From assembly GCA_937936325.1 (NCBI GenBank), contig CALGWV010000031.1, positions 1-47,855 of the forward strand: a DNA stretch of 47,855 bases, written 5' to 3'. Shown in pieces: positions 17,940 through 27,571 of this stretch. Position 1 is the stretch's first letter; each line of letters opens with the position of its first letter. The DNA is from an uncultured Bdellovibrionales bacterium (GTDB lineage: Bacteria; Bdellovibrionota; Bdellovibrionia; Bdellovibrionales; UBA1609). The notes under the pieces were generated by a model. That model worked only from the letters and a program-made list of their open reading frames with translations, did not search any database and was not told the origin of the DNA. The position numbers and the translations under genes were made by a program.

Positions 17940-20900
17940 ATTACCTCCTCAGGTGTTGTTATTATTTTTTTATTAAACTCATATCCTTTCCAAAGAGCAA
18001 AAACAGCAGGATAGACTAGAAGTTCGAGAAGAAAAGAAGTGAATATTCCTCCCACCATGGGGGCCGCCATTCTTTTCATGACATCGGCTCCGCTATTTGC
18101 AGAACTTGCGAGTAGAATTGGAAGTAAAGCCATAAATGTTGTTAGGACCGTCATCATCTTTGGCCTAATTCTTTTAACAGCTCCCTCATGAATTGCTTCT
18201 TTTAGATCCCCAAAGCTATTCATCGCTCCAGCTTTCTTTTTCTTTTCGTAGGCTAAATCTAAATACAGGAGCATATATATAGCCATTTCAGCGTCTATTC
18301 CAAGAAGCGCAATAAGACCTACCCAAACAGCAATACTCATGTTGTATCCAAGGATATACAATAGCCAAACAGCGCCTACAGCTGAGAAGGGTACTGATAA
18401 CAAAACTATAGTTGTTTTAATCGCAGAACCGGTATTCATGTAGATAAGAATGAGTATAATTAAAAAAGTTATAGGCAGAACTACTTTTAACTTCTCTTTA
18501 ACTCTGGACATATTCTCATACTGCCCACTCCAATTTAAAGAATAACCAGATGGCAAATTTAACTTTTCTTTAACAATACCTTTTGCCTTTTTGACAAAAC
18601 TTCCAACATCAGTAGAGTGAAGATCGACGTAAACATATCCTGTTAGCAAACCATTATCATTTCTGATCATTCCAGGGCCATTGAGTTTTTCTATTGTTGC
18701 AACTTCAGACAAAGGAATTTGATAGCCCTTAGGTGAATCTAGTAAAATTCTCTTAATATCCTCTTTGTCTTGCCTAAACCCGCGAGCATACCTGACATTG
18801 ACCGAATATCTTTCACGCCCCTCTACAGTAGTAGTAACATTTTTTCCACCAAGAGCTGTCGATAAAGTTTGTTGTGCATCAGAAATCGAAATTCCGTGCC
18901 TCGCTAAAGACTCCCTATTAAAGTTGAAATCAAAAAAGAAACCGCCAGCTACACGTTCTGCAAAAACACTTCTTGGTCCTTCAACTTTGTTTAAGATTTT
19001 CTCTATATCTATTCCAATACGCTCTATTTCTTTTATATTAGAACCGGATACTTTAATTCCAATAGGAGTTCTAATTCCCGTTGTCAGCATATCTATTCTG
19101 CCTTTAATGGGAAGAGTCCATGCATTTGTCAATCCGGGAAATTTCATTTTGCTGTTCATTTCACTAATTAACTCATCCCAGCTCATAAAAGTTGGAGTAA
19201 TGAGTTGAAATGGCCACTCTAGGAAATCTGGTAGAAAGGAAAACCACCTTTCTTTTGTCCGCCACTCTCTTTGGTCTTTTAAAACAATTACTGTTTCCAT
19301 CATCGAAAGTGGAGCTGGGTCTGTAGCTGTAGTTGCTCTGCCTGCTTTTCCATGGACACTCAAAACTTCAGGAAAGCTTTTAAGTATAGCATCTTGTTTT
19401 TGAAGGATATCTTGAGCTTCGGTTACAGAAATACCCGGCATGGTTGTAGGCATGTATAAAATTGTGCCTTCATTTAAAGGCGGCATAAATTCTGAGCCAA
19501 GCTTCATAAAGGCTGGTATCGTCGCTAGAACCATCAAAACAGCTATTCCTAGCACTTTCTTCCGGTGCTCTACGACCCAATCTACCGTGGGCCCATAAAT
19601 TTTAAATAAAAATCTGCTAATTGGGTGATCTTCTTCCGAGCGAGTGTTTGCACCGAGTAAGAAATTTGCAGATTTTGTGAACCAGCTAGGCCCTTTTGTA
19701 AATTCACGAGTTCTAGTGAAAATTATCAATAGGGCTGGTACGAGTGTAATAGAAAGAACTGATGCTACAAGCATCGCCAATGTTTTCGTATAGGCTAGAG
19801 GCTTAAAAAGCCTTCCTTCCTGAGCTTCAAGAGCAAATATTGGAATAAAGGACACTGCAATTACAAGTAATGAATAAAAGCTCGCCGGGCCGACTTCCTT
19901 TATCGCTGAGATAATAACTTCGCTAACATCTCCTTTTCCACCTTCTTCACGCCATTCCTCCATTTTTTTATGGCAGTTTTCAACGACCACAATAGCGGCA
20001 TCAACCATAGCCCCAATTGCAATAGCAATACCTCCTAAAGACATAATGTTGGCTGACACGCCCATGTAGTACATTAAAATAAAGGAAATAACGACAGCAG
20101 TGGGCAATGTTATGATTGGAACCAAAGCACTCGGTATGTGTAATAGAAAAATTAAAATTATGAGTGCAACCACTAGCATCTCTAAAAACAATTCATGAGT
20201 TAGAGTGTCTACGGAACGTTGTATAAGGTCTGCTCTATTGTATGTTTCTACAATTTCAACACCTTCAGGCAAAGAGCTTTTTAACTCTTCAATTTTTTTC
20301 TCTACTCGCTGAATCACACTATTGGCATTTTCACCGAATCTCATAACGACAATTCCGCCGACTACATCTCCTAAACCATTCAAGTCTCCCACACCTCGTC
20401 TGATCTCAGGCCCTAAGGATACTTTTGCAATATTTTTTACATAGATTGGAACACCATTTTTGTTTGCACCAACTACAATGTTTTCAATGTCCTTTAGACT
20501 TTTTGCATAGCCCTTTGCCCTGACCATGTACTCAGTTCCAGAAAACTCAATAACCCTAGCTCCAGTTTCACTATTTCCCTGCCTAATTGCCTTGGAGACT
20601 TTAGTAAGCGGAATGTTATAAATTCTAAGTGACTCAGGGTTAACTTGGACTTGATACTGTTTTTCAAAACCTCCAAATGAAGCAACCTCTGAAACCCCAG
20701 GAACTGATTGTAATTGATAGCGTAAGAACCAATCTTGAAATGATCTGAGATCTGCAAGTGAATTTTTACCTGAAACATCTTTTAAAGCATATTGGTAAAC
20801 CCAACCAACACCAGTCGCATCCGGCCCAAGTTCAGTCTTAACCCCCTCGGGCAATTGAGGCGTAATTTTTGAGAGGTATTCAAGAACTCTTGATCTTGCC

Positions 20901-21211
20901 CAGTATATATCAGTGCCATCTTCAAAAATTGCATAAACATAGGAAACACCGAATGCAGAAAGCCCTCTAATGTCTTTTACCTTTGGAACTCCAAGAAGAC
21001 TTGTAACGATTGGATATGTTACCTGATCTTCAATAATATCTGGACTCACATTCCATTTTGAGTAAACTATTACCTGTGTGTCTGACAGATCAGGAATAGC
21101 ATCAATAGGAATTTTTTGCATACTGAACCAGCCACCTATCAATGCTATCAATACAATAAATAGCGTGATGAATCTGTTTCTGGCACTAAAATCAATTATT
21201 TTTAATAACAT
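17936..21211 (-). CDS. cusA: HME-RND inner-membrane pump, CusA-type (Cu/Ag)
   Basis: 1091 aa. TM4 signature GGIAIAIGAMVDAAIVVVEN matches the CusA type. The segment EFMPPLNEGTILYMPTTMPGISV matches the CusA periplasmic Met-rich cleft region. Confidence 0.9.
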   Translation of the reverse strand: MLLKIIDFSARNRFITLFIVLIALIGGWFSMQKIPIDAIPDLSDTQVIVYSKWNVSPDIIEDQVTYPIVTSLLGVPKVKDIRGLSAFGVSYVYAIFEDGTDIYWARSRVLEYLSKITPQLPEGVKTELGPDATGVGWVYQYALKDVSGKNSLADLRSFQDWFLRYQLQSVPGVSEVASFGGFEKQYQVQVNPESLRIYNIPLTKVSKAIRQGNSETGARVIEFSGTEYMVRAKGYAKSLKDIENIVVGANKNGVPIYVKNIAKVSLGPEIRRGVGDLNGLGDVVGGIVVMRFGENANSVIQRVEKKIEELKSSLPEGVEIVETYNRADLIQRSVDTLTHELFLEMLVVALIILIFLLHIPSALVPIITLPTAVVISFILMYYMGVSANIMSLGGIAIAIGAMVDAAIVVVENCHKKMEEWREEGGKGDVSEVIISAIKEVGPASFYSLLVIAVSFIPIFALEAQEGRLFKPLAYTKTLAMLVASVLSITLVPALLIIFTRTREFTKGPSWFTKSANFLLGANTRSEEDHPISRFLFKIYGPTVDWVVEHRKKVLGIAVLMVLATIPAFMKLGSEFMPPLNEGTILYMPTTMPGISVTEAQDILQKQDAILKSFPEVLSVHGKAGRATTATDPAPLSMMETVIVLKDQREWRTKERWFSFLPDFLEWPFQLITPTFMSWDELISEMNSKMKFPGLTNAWTLPIKGRIDMLTTGIRTPIGIKVSGSNIKEIERIGIDIEKILNKVEGPRSVFAERVAGGFFFDFNFNRESLARHGISISDAQQTLSTALGGKNVTTTVEGRERYSVNVRYARGFRQDKEDIKRILLDSPKGYQIPLSEVATIEKLNGPGMIRNDNGLLTGYVYVDLHSTDVGSFVKKAKGIVKEKLNLPSGYSLNWSGQYENMSRVKEKLKVVLPITFLIILILIYMNTGSAIKTTIVLLSVPFSAVGAVWLLYILGYNMSIAVWVGLIALLGIDAEMAIYMLLYLDLAYEKKKKAGAMNSFGDLKEAIHEGAVKRIRPKMMTVLTTFMALLPILLASSANSGADVMKRMAAPMVGGIFTSFLLELLVYPAVFALWKGYEFNKKIITTPEEVI

Positions 21212-21220
21212 TATCGACTC

Positions 21221-22378
21221 CTAATGGTTGTGACCGCTGGAGGAGTCTCCACCTTGAATGACTGATTTGAGTCTGGACTCTGAGTCCAACATAAAGTTTG
21301 CACCAACGACAACCTCTTCTCCTGGCTCAACACCTCCAAGCAGGGCTGCTTCAGAGTTCGTCTCTAGTACAATATTTACTTTTCTCGGTTCAAACTTTCC
21401 CTTATCTTTTTTGACAAAGATAAATGCCTCTCGCCCTGTATCCATAATCGCCTCTAATGGAACGGAAAGGTGTTTTCCTACGGGAGCAAATATGGTTACG
21501 TTCACATAAGACTCTGGACGAATTGATGTATCTTTTTCTAGTAATTTAATTCTAACTTTCGCTGTCCTTGTATCAGTGCTAATGACCTGATCCACAGATA
21601 TGACTTCTCCAGAGAGCGTTTTTCCTTGTAAAAAGTTTGCAGTTATTTTTGCAGACAGACCTTTTTTAATGTAAGGAAGGTCAACTTCAAATACATCAGC
21701 GTAGATCCAGTTGTCTTGTCCTTTACCTGATACAAGCAAACCTTCTGATTGTGATCCCTTTTTGGCAAGATCTTTGATTTGATCATCAGAAAGACCCAAA
21801 ACTTTCAGCCGAATTTTAGATGATTTTATCATCTGATTAGTATTTTCACGTACAGCACTTATGGGTGAGTTTCTAACTCTTCGCCATTGCTTTAAAGCTT
21901 CTAAGTATTCACTTTGAGCAGTATAAAGCTCTGGATCAAATGCAATTCTTCCGGGCGCACTTATGGATTTAAAGAGTTCTTTTTTCTGAACCTTACCTAT
22001 TTTAACTCCAATCATCTGTTGCTTCTTAAGAGATAATTTAAATCCAGCGTGATTCTCAGGTTTCTGACTCTCCATAGTTTGATGGTCTTGATTTGAACCG
22101 GCATTTTGAGAGTCTTCATGTTCTTCCTGATCATGGTCGCTATGCTCTTCTTCTTGATCAGCCGGAACTAGGTCCATTCCACAAATTGAACAAGATCCCG
22201 GCTTATCAGAACTTATTTGTGGATGCATTGGACAAATATATTTGCTCACTTTTTTTTGAGATTTATCTCCACTTTTGTGGCCTGAGTGGTCCATCTTATG
22301 ATTTCCCATCATGAAAACAGATACGCCAAGAACAAGTAAGACAACACTAACAGTTGCAATTATAATTTTTGATTTCAT
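21221..22378 (-). CDS. cusB: RND periplasmic adaptor, CusB-type, with an N-terminal CxxC heavy-metal-binding domain
   Basis: YICPMHPQISSDKPGSCSICGMDL (HMBD/YHS-like), a His/Glu-rich linker and an MFP beta-barrel/MP domain (EAFIFVKKDKGKFEPRKVNI...GEEVVVGANFMLDSE). Confidence 0.85.
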   Translation of the reverse strand: MKSKIIIATVSVVLLVLGVSVFMMGNHKMDHSGHKSGDKSQKKVSKYICPMHPQISSDKPGSCSICGMDLVPADQEEEHSDHDQEEHEDSQNAGSNQDHQTMESQKPENHAGFKLSLKKQQMIGVKIGKVQKKELFKSISAPGRIAFDPELYTAQSEYLEALKQWRRVRNSPISAVRENTNQMIKSSKIRLKVLGLSDDQIKDLAKKGSQSEGLLVSGKGQDNWIYADVFEVDLPYIKKGLSAKITANFLQGKTLSGEVISVDQVISTDTRTAKVRIKLLEKDTSIRPESYVNVTIFAPVGKHLSVPLEAIMDTGREAFIFVKKDKGKFEPRKVNIVLETNSEAALLGGVEPGEEVVVGANFMLDSESRLKSVIQGGDSSSGHNH

Positions 22379-23628
22379 TATCGAACCTCATTTTTAAAAT
22401 TCATATCAGAAACCGTAAAACCTAACTGCGTTTCTAATTTAGTAACATAACCAATGTATTGCCTTAGAGATTTATAGAATCCTTTTTTTACTCGGTAGAG
22501 AGATCTCTCACTATCGAGTAAATCCAGAAACGATGTTTTACTCGCCCTATAAGCAGCACGACTTGAGTTGTAGGCCCCTTGTGCTTGTGGAATGAGGCTT
22601 GTTTCATATATTTTAAGAGTCTTTTTACCACTTTCTACTTTCCCTGATAAATCCCTAACTTTCGCTATAAGTCTTCGGGTTACATCATTGAGCTTAAACT
22701 CTTGAGCCATTTTCATTGAGTTAGCAGCAGAAGACTTTGAATTTTTTTTCCAAAACCACAGGGGAATCGTAATGCCAACCGAGAATATGTGAGAGTCCAC
22801 GGGCTCTCCAGCCAACCTTTGTTGATACTGGACTTGAAAATCAGGGGCATACTCCCACTTAGCGAGTTTACTTCTATATTCCGACTCCTTAACAACTGAG
22901 ACCTGAGCCTTTATCTTAGGAGATTTTTGAAGCATCTCGGATTCTAACTTGCTATCGCTACCAGTGATAAAATTAGTGTCAAAGTCTGGCACTGGCAATT
23001 TTAGACTGACTAAATTAAGACTTTCGAAGCTATCCTCACCAACAACTGCTTTTAACATTTCTTGAAGAGAGTCTTCTTCTTGTTTTAAATTAATTAAATC
23101 TAGCTCAAGCTGAGTCAATTCCAAGTGAGCCTTCATGGAATCACCTTGAGTTGAGTTTCCTGCTGCGTATTTCTTTTCAGCTATCCTTGCAAAATCTTTA
23201 ACGGCTTGCATATTAGCTCTAGTCAGTCCCATTATTTTTTGGACAGAATAGATTGAGTAGTACAAGGATATAACTTCTTGCCTTACCATCAAACGGGTCA
23301 TATCAAGATTAGATTTAAAACTGTCAGCTCTTTTAGACTGTGCTTTTTTCTGCAAAAAATACTTATTAGGAAAACGTATTTTTTGACTAATGGTCCCGTA
23401 CCGAGTTTTCACGTTTCTATCTAGCGTCGATATTCCTATAACAGGATCGTCCATTGCGGCGCTTGATGAGATGAGGGATTCCTCAGCATTGGCCCGATGC
23501 TCACTAGATTGAATAGCCGGGCTGTTTTTATATGCGATCTCTAGTATGTCTTCTAGCGATCGCCGCTCGCTAGCAAAAGTATGGCATGACAGAGCAATGC
23601 CCATCGACACCATTAAAATTGATTTCAT
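22378..23628 (-). CDS. cusC: TolC-family outer-membrane factor (CusC-like)
   Basis: 416 aa with a signal peptide and a two-repeat OEP architecture. Its stop overlaps the cusB start by 1 nt. Confidence 0.8.
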   Translation of the reverse strand: MKSILMVSMGIALSCHTFASERRSLEDILEIAYKNSPAIQSSEHRANAEESLISSSAAMDDPVIGISTLDRNVKTRYGTISQKIRFPNKYFLQKKAQSKRADSFKSNLDMTRLMVRQEVISLYYSIYSVQKIMGLTRANMQAVKDFARIAEKKYAAGNSTQGDSMKAHLELTQLELDLINLKQEEDSLQEMLKAVVGEDSFESLNLVSLKLPVPDFDTNFITGSDSKLESEMLQKSPKIKAQVSVVKESEYRSKLAKWEYAPDFQVQYQQRLAGEPVDSHIFSVGITIPLWFWKKNSKSSAANSMKMAQEFKLNDVTRRLIAKVRDLSGKVESGKKTLKIYETSLIPQAQGAYNSSRAAYRASKTSFLDLLDSERSLYRVKKGFYKSLRQYIGYVTKLETQLGFTVSDMNFKNEVR

Positions 23629-23704
23629 TTAAAATCTCCTCATAAATCAATAATTGGACCAGTACAGTTCTATTCAAGAACCGCACTATCAAAAAAAATT
23701 AGAT

Positions 23705-24121
23705 TTATGAAAAGCTCGGTAAAATTAACTTTTTGTAGAAAAGGTAAAGTGGGACTTTGGGCGCACTGGTGCCCCGATCTGTTGAAACAATAAAATTTGC
23801 ATCTTTAATATTGCTATCAGGATAAAAGCTATAGTCGGGAACATTGGCGACAAAACTATTAACATTGTTATTAGTAGTCTCTTGCTCCGCAACGACCACT
23901 ACCGATGAGTCAAATATGTATGAAATTGAACACATCTCAGCATTACATTCGTGTTGGTTTTCCTCATCTGAATTATTACTCTTTTCAGTTGGACAGCACT
24001 CATGAGAGGACTCTTTTTCTGAGCTTATTTGATGGTGTTCGCAAAAAGCAGAGCAAGCAGCCCCTAAGCCCTGGCTGCTTATGAATGTTAATCCAATAAA
24101 TAGAGTTAGCAATGCTTTCAT
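23705..24121 (-). CDS. Small exported Cys/His-rich protein, first gene of the cus operon
   Basis: Signal peptide followed by CSAFCEHHQISSEKESSHECCPTEKSNNSDEENQHECNAEMC. Located 76 nt upstream of cusC on the same strand. Confidence 0.6.
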   Translation of the reverse strand: MKALLTLFIGLTFISSQGLGAACSAFCEHHQISSEKESSHECCPTEKSNNSDEENQHECNAEMCSISYIFDSSVVVVAEQETTNNNVNSFVANVPDYSFYPDSNIKDANFIVSTDRGTSAPKVPLYLFYKKLILPSFS

Positions 24122-24138
24122 AATTTACTCATGTTACA

Positions 24139-24155
24139 ATACCCTACAGGGGTAT
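24139..24155. promoter_or_regulatory. CsoR-type operator (ATACCC-N5-GGGTAT)
   Basis: ATACCCTACAGGGGTAT sits 18 bp upstream of the Cys/His-rich gene start and 19 bp downstream of the csoR-like stop. From memory it closely resembles the B. subtilis copZA CsoR operator. Confidence 0.65.
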
Positions 24156-24173
24156 GTCAATCAGCTCATCGGG

Positions 24174-24464
24174 CTATTTATTCACTTTCTTTAGCAAATC
24201 CTTAATTTCGACAAGCATCCTATCACTTTCGCCCTTACTTTTACTCTTAATAGCTACTTCAACACAATGGTCTAAATGCCGTTCAATTACATTTTGTTCG
24301 ACCGAGGAAAGGGCAGATTTAATAGCTTTTATTTGATGTATAATATCGATACAGTACCGGCCTTCCTCAACCATTGAGCCAATTCCTCGAACTTGCCCCT
24401 CAATCCTTTTCAATCGGTTCAATTGTTTCTTGTGATCTGCGCCTTTGAGCCCTTCTTTAGCCAT
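24174..24464 (-). CDS. csoR: CsoR/RcnR-family metal-sensing repressor with a Cu(I)-type C-H-C ligand set
   Basis: 96 aa, LNRLKRIEGQVRGI...YCIDIIHQI...RHLDHC. The Cys, then His at +25 and Cys at +29, match the Cys36/His61/Cys65 spacing of M. tuberculosis CsoR. Confidence 0.85.
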   Translation of the reverse strand: MAKEGLKGADHKKQLNRLKRIEGQVRGIGSMVEEGRYCIDIIHQIKAIKSALSSVEQNVIERHLDHCVEVAIKSKSKGESDRMLVEIKDLLKKVNK

Positions 24465-24531
24465 TATACCGTCCCTATTTATTACTTCAATTGTAGTTTA
24501 AGCACTATTGTTCAACAACAGAATAAATTAT

Positions 24532-24966
24532 CTAACTGCTAGCTTTTTCTCCCTTTAAAAGGCTATTTCCACTATCAAAAAAGAAAATTAGAAATACACC
24601 AATAGCTACATCAAATCCTATGCAAAAGGGAATCCACCAACTAGGCACTGATGAGTTTTTTATTAAATTTAAGTGCAATAGATCAATCAATACATGAGAA
24701 ATATAAAGACCACCTAGCAGCTTTGGCACTCTAATTCCAAAATAGACTGATAAAGAAATAAAAACTATAGCGATTAAGGATTCTAAAATAAGAGACTCGC
24801 CAGAAAGAAACGCAAATAATACGTAGTATCCGGCAATAAATGAAAGAACCGTGGGCAGGAAAGATATATCTCTGAGAAATCTCACAGTCGAAGCTACAAA
24901 TATCAAAATCAAAGCTAAAACTACACCTACAAAGCATTGGACAAGATTGTCGTACATATAAACCAC
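24532..24966 (-). CDS. Integral membrane protein of unknown function (4-5 TM)
   Basis: Hydrophobic 144-aa ORF between the Grx-MauE gene and csoR on the same strand. Confidence 0.55.
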   Translation of the reverse strand: MVYMYDNLVQCFVGVVLALILIFVASTVRFLRDISFLPTVLSFIAGYYVLFAFLSGESLILESLIAIVFISLSVYFGIRVPKLLGGLYISHVLIDLLHLNLIKNSSVPSWWIPFCIGFDVAIGVFLIFFFDSGNSLLKGEKASS

Positions 24967-24986
24967 AACTTAAAACTCTAATTAGA

Positions 24987-25718
24987 TCAGATGAGCATCC
25001 ATACGCCCATCGCTATCATCATTATATTTTCTGTTAGTGAAATAAAACCTAAGGGAACATTACTGTTTCCACCAACACAGGCGCACTTTAGATCTCTTTT
25101 ATCAATATACACAGCCTTAATGACTGAAACAGCTCCTATTGTACCGATAAATATAGCTAATGGTGAAGATACGATAAGTCCAACTTTAGCAGTCATTGAC
25201 AGTCCCGCAGCAGCTTCAGCAAATGGATAAAAGTAGGCATACCTAACGTTTCTCATGGCCAAAAGATCATAAGTGATAAATTGATTTGTGAAAGAAAAAA
25301 GGTCTCGAAGCTTTTGAATGGCCAGAACACACATCGAGAAAGAAATAAAAAGCTCTAGCATAGAAATCGAGAATAATTGCTTTGTAGCATACCAGTTTAC
25401 AGCTAAAGCCAACAAAAACGTTACCGAAAAAATCGCAACAATCGGCTTATAAGTAACTCCATCTTGATTTTGCTCTTTTGGCTTTCCAAAAAAACTTCTT
25501 AAATCGTCGTAGCCTCCGACTTTTTTTTCGCCAATGAAAGTTTGTGGTGTCGTTTTAACAGAATGCTTTTCTTTAAATTTATCTGTTTCCTCTCTGCTCT
25601 TTAGGTGAATATCTTCAACTTTATAACCATTTCTTTCGAGCAAGTCCTTCGACTTAATGCCAAAAGGACAGATATGTTCATCTGTAACCATTCTATACAA
25701 TTTAGCTGCTTTTTTCAT
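24987..25718 (-). CDS. Glutaredoxin-like domain fused to a MauE/DoxX-type membrane domain
   Basis: Start moved to MKKAAKLY (ATG at 25718). The N-terminus has ICPFGIKSKDLL...TTPQTFIGEKKVGGYDDL (glutaredoxin fold with a single Cys). The C-terminal half has 4 TM helices and ends with KCACVGG, as in MauE-like proteins. Confidence 0.65.
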   Translation of the reverse strand: MKKAAKLYRMVTDEHICPFGIKSKDLLERNGYKVEDIHLKSREETDKFKEKHSVKTTPQTFIGEKKVGGYDDLRSFFGKPKEQNQDGVTYKPIVAIFSVTFLLALAVNWYATKQLFSISMLELFISFSMCVLAIQKLRDLFSFTNQFITYDLLAMRNVRYAYFYPFAEAAAGLSMTAKVGLIVSSPLAIFIGTIGAVSVIKAVYIDKRDLKCACVGGNSNVPLGFISLTENIMMIAMGVWMLI

Positions 25719-25747
25719 AAAACCTCTAGGGAGCCCAAATATCGAAA

Positions 25748-25764
25748 ATACTCTATGGGGGTAT
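25748..25764. promoter_or_regulatory. Degenerate CsoR-type operator upstream of the Grx-MauE/membrane/csoR operon
   Basis: ATACTCTATGGGGGTAT has one good GGGTAT half-site and one weak half (ATACTC). It lies 30 bp upstream of the 25718 start on the minus strand. Confidence 0.4.
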
Positions 25765-25929
25765 TTTTGAATTGTCAATAAATATGGAACTATTACTCTT
25801 CATGGACTTTTCTAGTTGCCTTTCTAGCTTTAGAGGGTTTCAACGATCTTCTTCAGACGGTCAAAAAAATAAAACTGAAGAGAAAAGAAAAGATTGTCAA
25901 AGATCGAAGTTGTGATAAAATCACAACTA

Positions 25930-26394
25930 ATGTTAAAACTGATTCTTAGCGTCTATTTAGTACTCTTCTCATCATTCGACCTTCTTCTTGAGGGCCAAGA
26001 GTCTTTTTCTACAGCACATGACATTTCAGTATCAGCACATAGTTCGATGCAGTCGTCTGATTTTGAAACGCCTCCAAGGCTTTCTAGTGATAATGATGAG
26101 AACTGCCCTGACCCCGACAATTGTCCAGATTGTCACGAATGTCACCTTGGCCACTGTGGCTTCATTCTAACTACGACAGTAACCCTTCAACCAACAATCA
26201 GCAGGAATGAATACGATCCTAAAGCGGAAGTCTTTATATCCAGAAATTTTCATTCAGTCTTTCGGCCTCCTATAAAACTTAGACTTTTAAGCTTATTTCA
26301 TAAATTAAAATTAAAAAAACGAGGTAGATATGAGTGGATACCCACTTGCTTTTGCCCTCATCGTTCTGACATGTTCGTCAGTCTATGGGAGTGA
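25930..26394 (+). CDS. Small exported/membrane-anchored Cys/His-rich protein, first gene of the czc operon
   Basis: Start taken at the ATG at 25930 (MLKLILSVYLVLFSSF). The motif is NCPDPDNCPDCHECHLGHCGF. Its 3' end overlaps the czcC-like start by 65 nt. Confidence 0.5.
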   Translation: MLKLILSVYLVLFSSFDLLLEGQESFSTAHDISVSAHSSMQSSDFETPPRLSSDNDENCPDPDNCPDCHECHLGHCGFILTTTVTLQPTISRNEYDPKAEVFISRNFHSVFRPPIKLRLLSLFHKLKLKKRGRYEWIPTCFCPHRSDMFVSLWE

Positions 26395-27571
26395 AACTGA
26401 TTGTAATCAGTCTAATAACGTAGATCAGCTTGTTGAATGTTTCATAGGAAAACATCCAGCATTGAGTATATCAAAAGCTGATATTGAAATTTCATCAAGT
26501 GAGATCAAACGAGCTTCTCAGCGCATAAACCCATCCTTAGATTGGGAGTTAACCGAAGCCCAAGGTGCTAGTGGTCTCATGAACGAGTTGAACCTAATGC
26601 ATACAATTGAGCTTGGCTCGAAGAGGTCCGCAAGAATAAAACTTGCCGAGGTTAAAAAAAATATTACGTCTTTAGGTTATGAGAAAAGTTATAATCAAAT
26701 TAAAACTGAGCTTATTCTAGCACTTTATAGATTACGACAGATTGACCACGAAGCCGAAGTGATAGAGGAAAATCAAACTACTTTTAGGAGGATGATTCGC
26801 CAGTATAAAAGAATTGGGAGAATGAATCCTGAACAAGAAATATCTGTAAACGTATTTACTATGGCAGCAGAAGAGGTCAGGCTAAAGCTTCAAAAACTTA
26901 AAAATGAGAAAGAACAGCTTCTATCGGAGTTTGAAATTCTTAATGGCTCTGCCTTCATTCCAAAGAAAAATCTTTTGCCTCCAATAGACCACAGCTGGCC
27001 AGAATTATCAACCGAGCAAATGAATGGTGCTTTACTTAGAGAGGCCAATCTAAAATTGCTAGAATCTGAGAAAAACTATGATTTAGAACGTGCTAAGTCT
27101 TGGCCAAACTTATCGATTGGACCAAGGGTAATAACTACACCAGGAACGAATGGAGGCACTTTTTGGGGAGGCGCTCTATCTATTAATATTCCTATTTTGA
27201 ATCTTAACAAAGGTGGCAGAGAAAAGGCCTCAGCTATTGGAAAGAAAGCTCATCTGAATAAGACATTTTTAACCCGTAGAATAAAAGTGGAAGCAAAACG
27301 ACTTAAAAATATCTACAATAACTCTTCAAAAACTTACACGCAGTCACTAAAGACCAATAAAATTCATGAAAAACATGCAAAAATTCATAGAATGATCAAA
27401 AGAGGTGTCGTCTCTCCACCTTTAGTAATTGAACTTCACCGTCAAACTATTGAATTTTATGAAGCCTTACACCAGCAAGAACTTGAAGCTGTTAGTGCTA
27501 GGTGGAGTTACTATTCACTTTTCTCAAATTTGAACACTAAATCTGTTCTTGCAAAAGGAAGTGGCACATGA
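26330..27571 (+). CDS. czcC: TolC-family outer-membrane factor (CzcC-like)
   Basis: 413 aa with a signal peptide and OEP repeats. ATGA overlap with the next gene. Confidence 0.8.
   Translation: MSGYPLAFALIVLTCSSVYGSETDCNQSNNVDQLVECFIGKHPALSISKADIEISSSEIKRASQRINPSLDWELTEAQGASGLMNELNLMHTIELGSKRSARIKLAEVKKNITSLGYEKSYNQIKTELILALYRLRQIDHEAEVIEENQTTFRRMIRQYKRIGRMNPEQEISVNVFTMAAEEVRLKLQKLKNEKEQLLSEFEILNGSAFIPKKNLLPPIDHSWPELSTEQMNGALLREANLKLLESEKNYDLERAKSWPNLSIGPRVITTPGTNGGTFWGGALSINIPILNLNKGGREKASAIGKKAHLNKTFLTRRIKVEAKRLKNIYNNSSKTYTQSLKTNKIHEKHAKIHRMIKRGVVSPPLVIELHRQTIEFYEALHQQELEAVSARWSYYSLFSNLNTKSVLAKGSGT

Noticed and set aside
18765-20778. ORFs antisense or out of frame within cusA (18765-19208, 20494-20778), and similar ones in cusB and cusC (21258-21509, 22093-22314, 22713-22895)
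   Set aside because: Shadow ORFs inside well-supported transporter genes.
24154-24336. 60-aa plus-strand ORF opposite csoR, and 24731-24937 / 24991-25230 opposite or within the membrane genes
   Set aside because: They overlap better-supported genes and have no independent signals.
25894-25929. TTG start extension of the czc-leader Cys/His-rich ORF
   Set aside because: The ATG at 25930 begins directly with a hydrophobic signal or anchor segment. The upstream extension adds a charged non-signal stretch.
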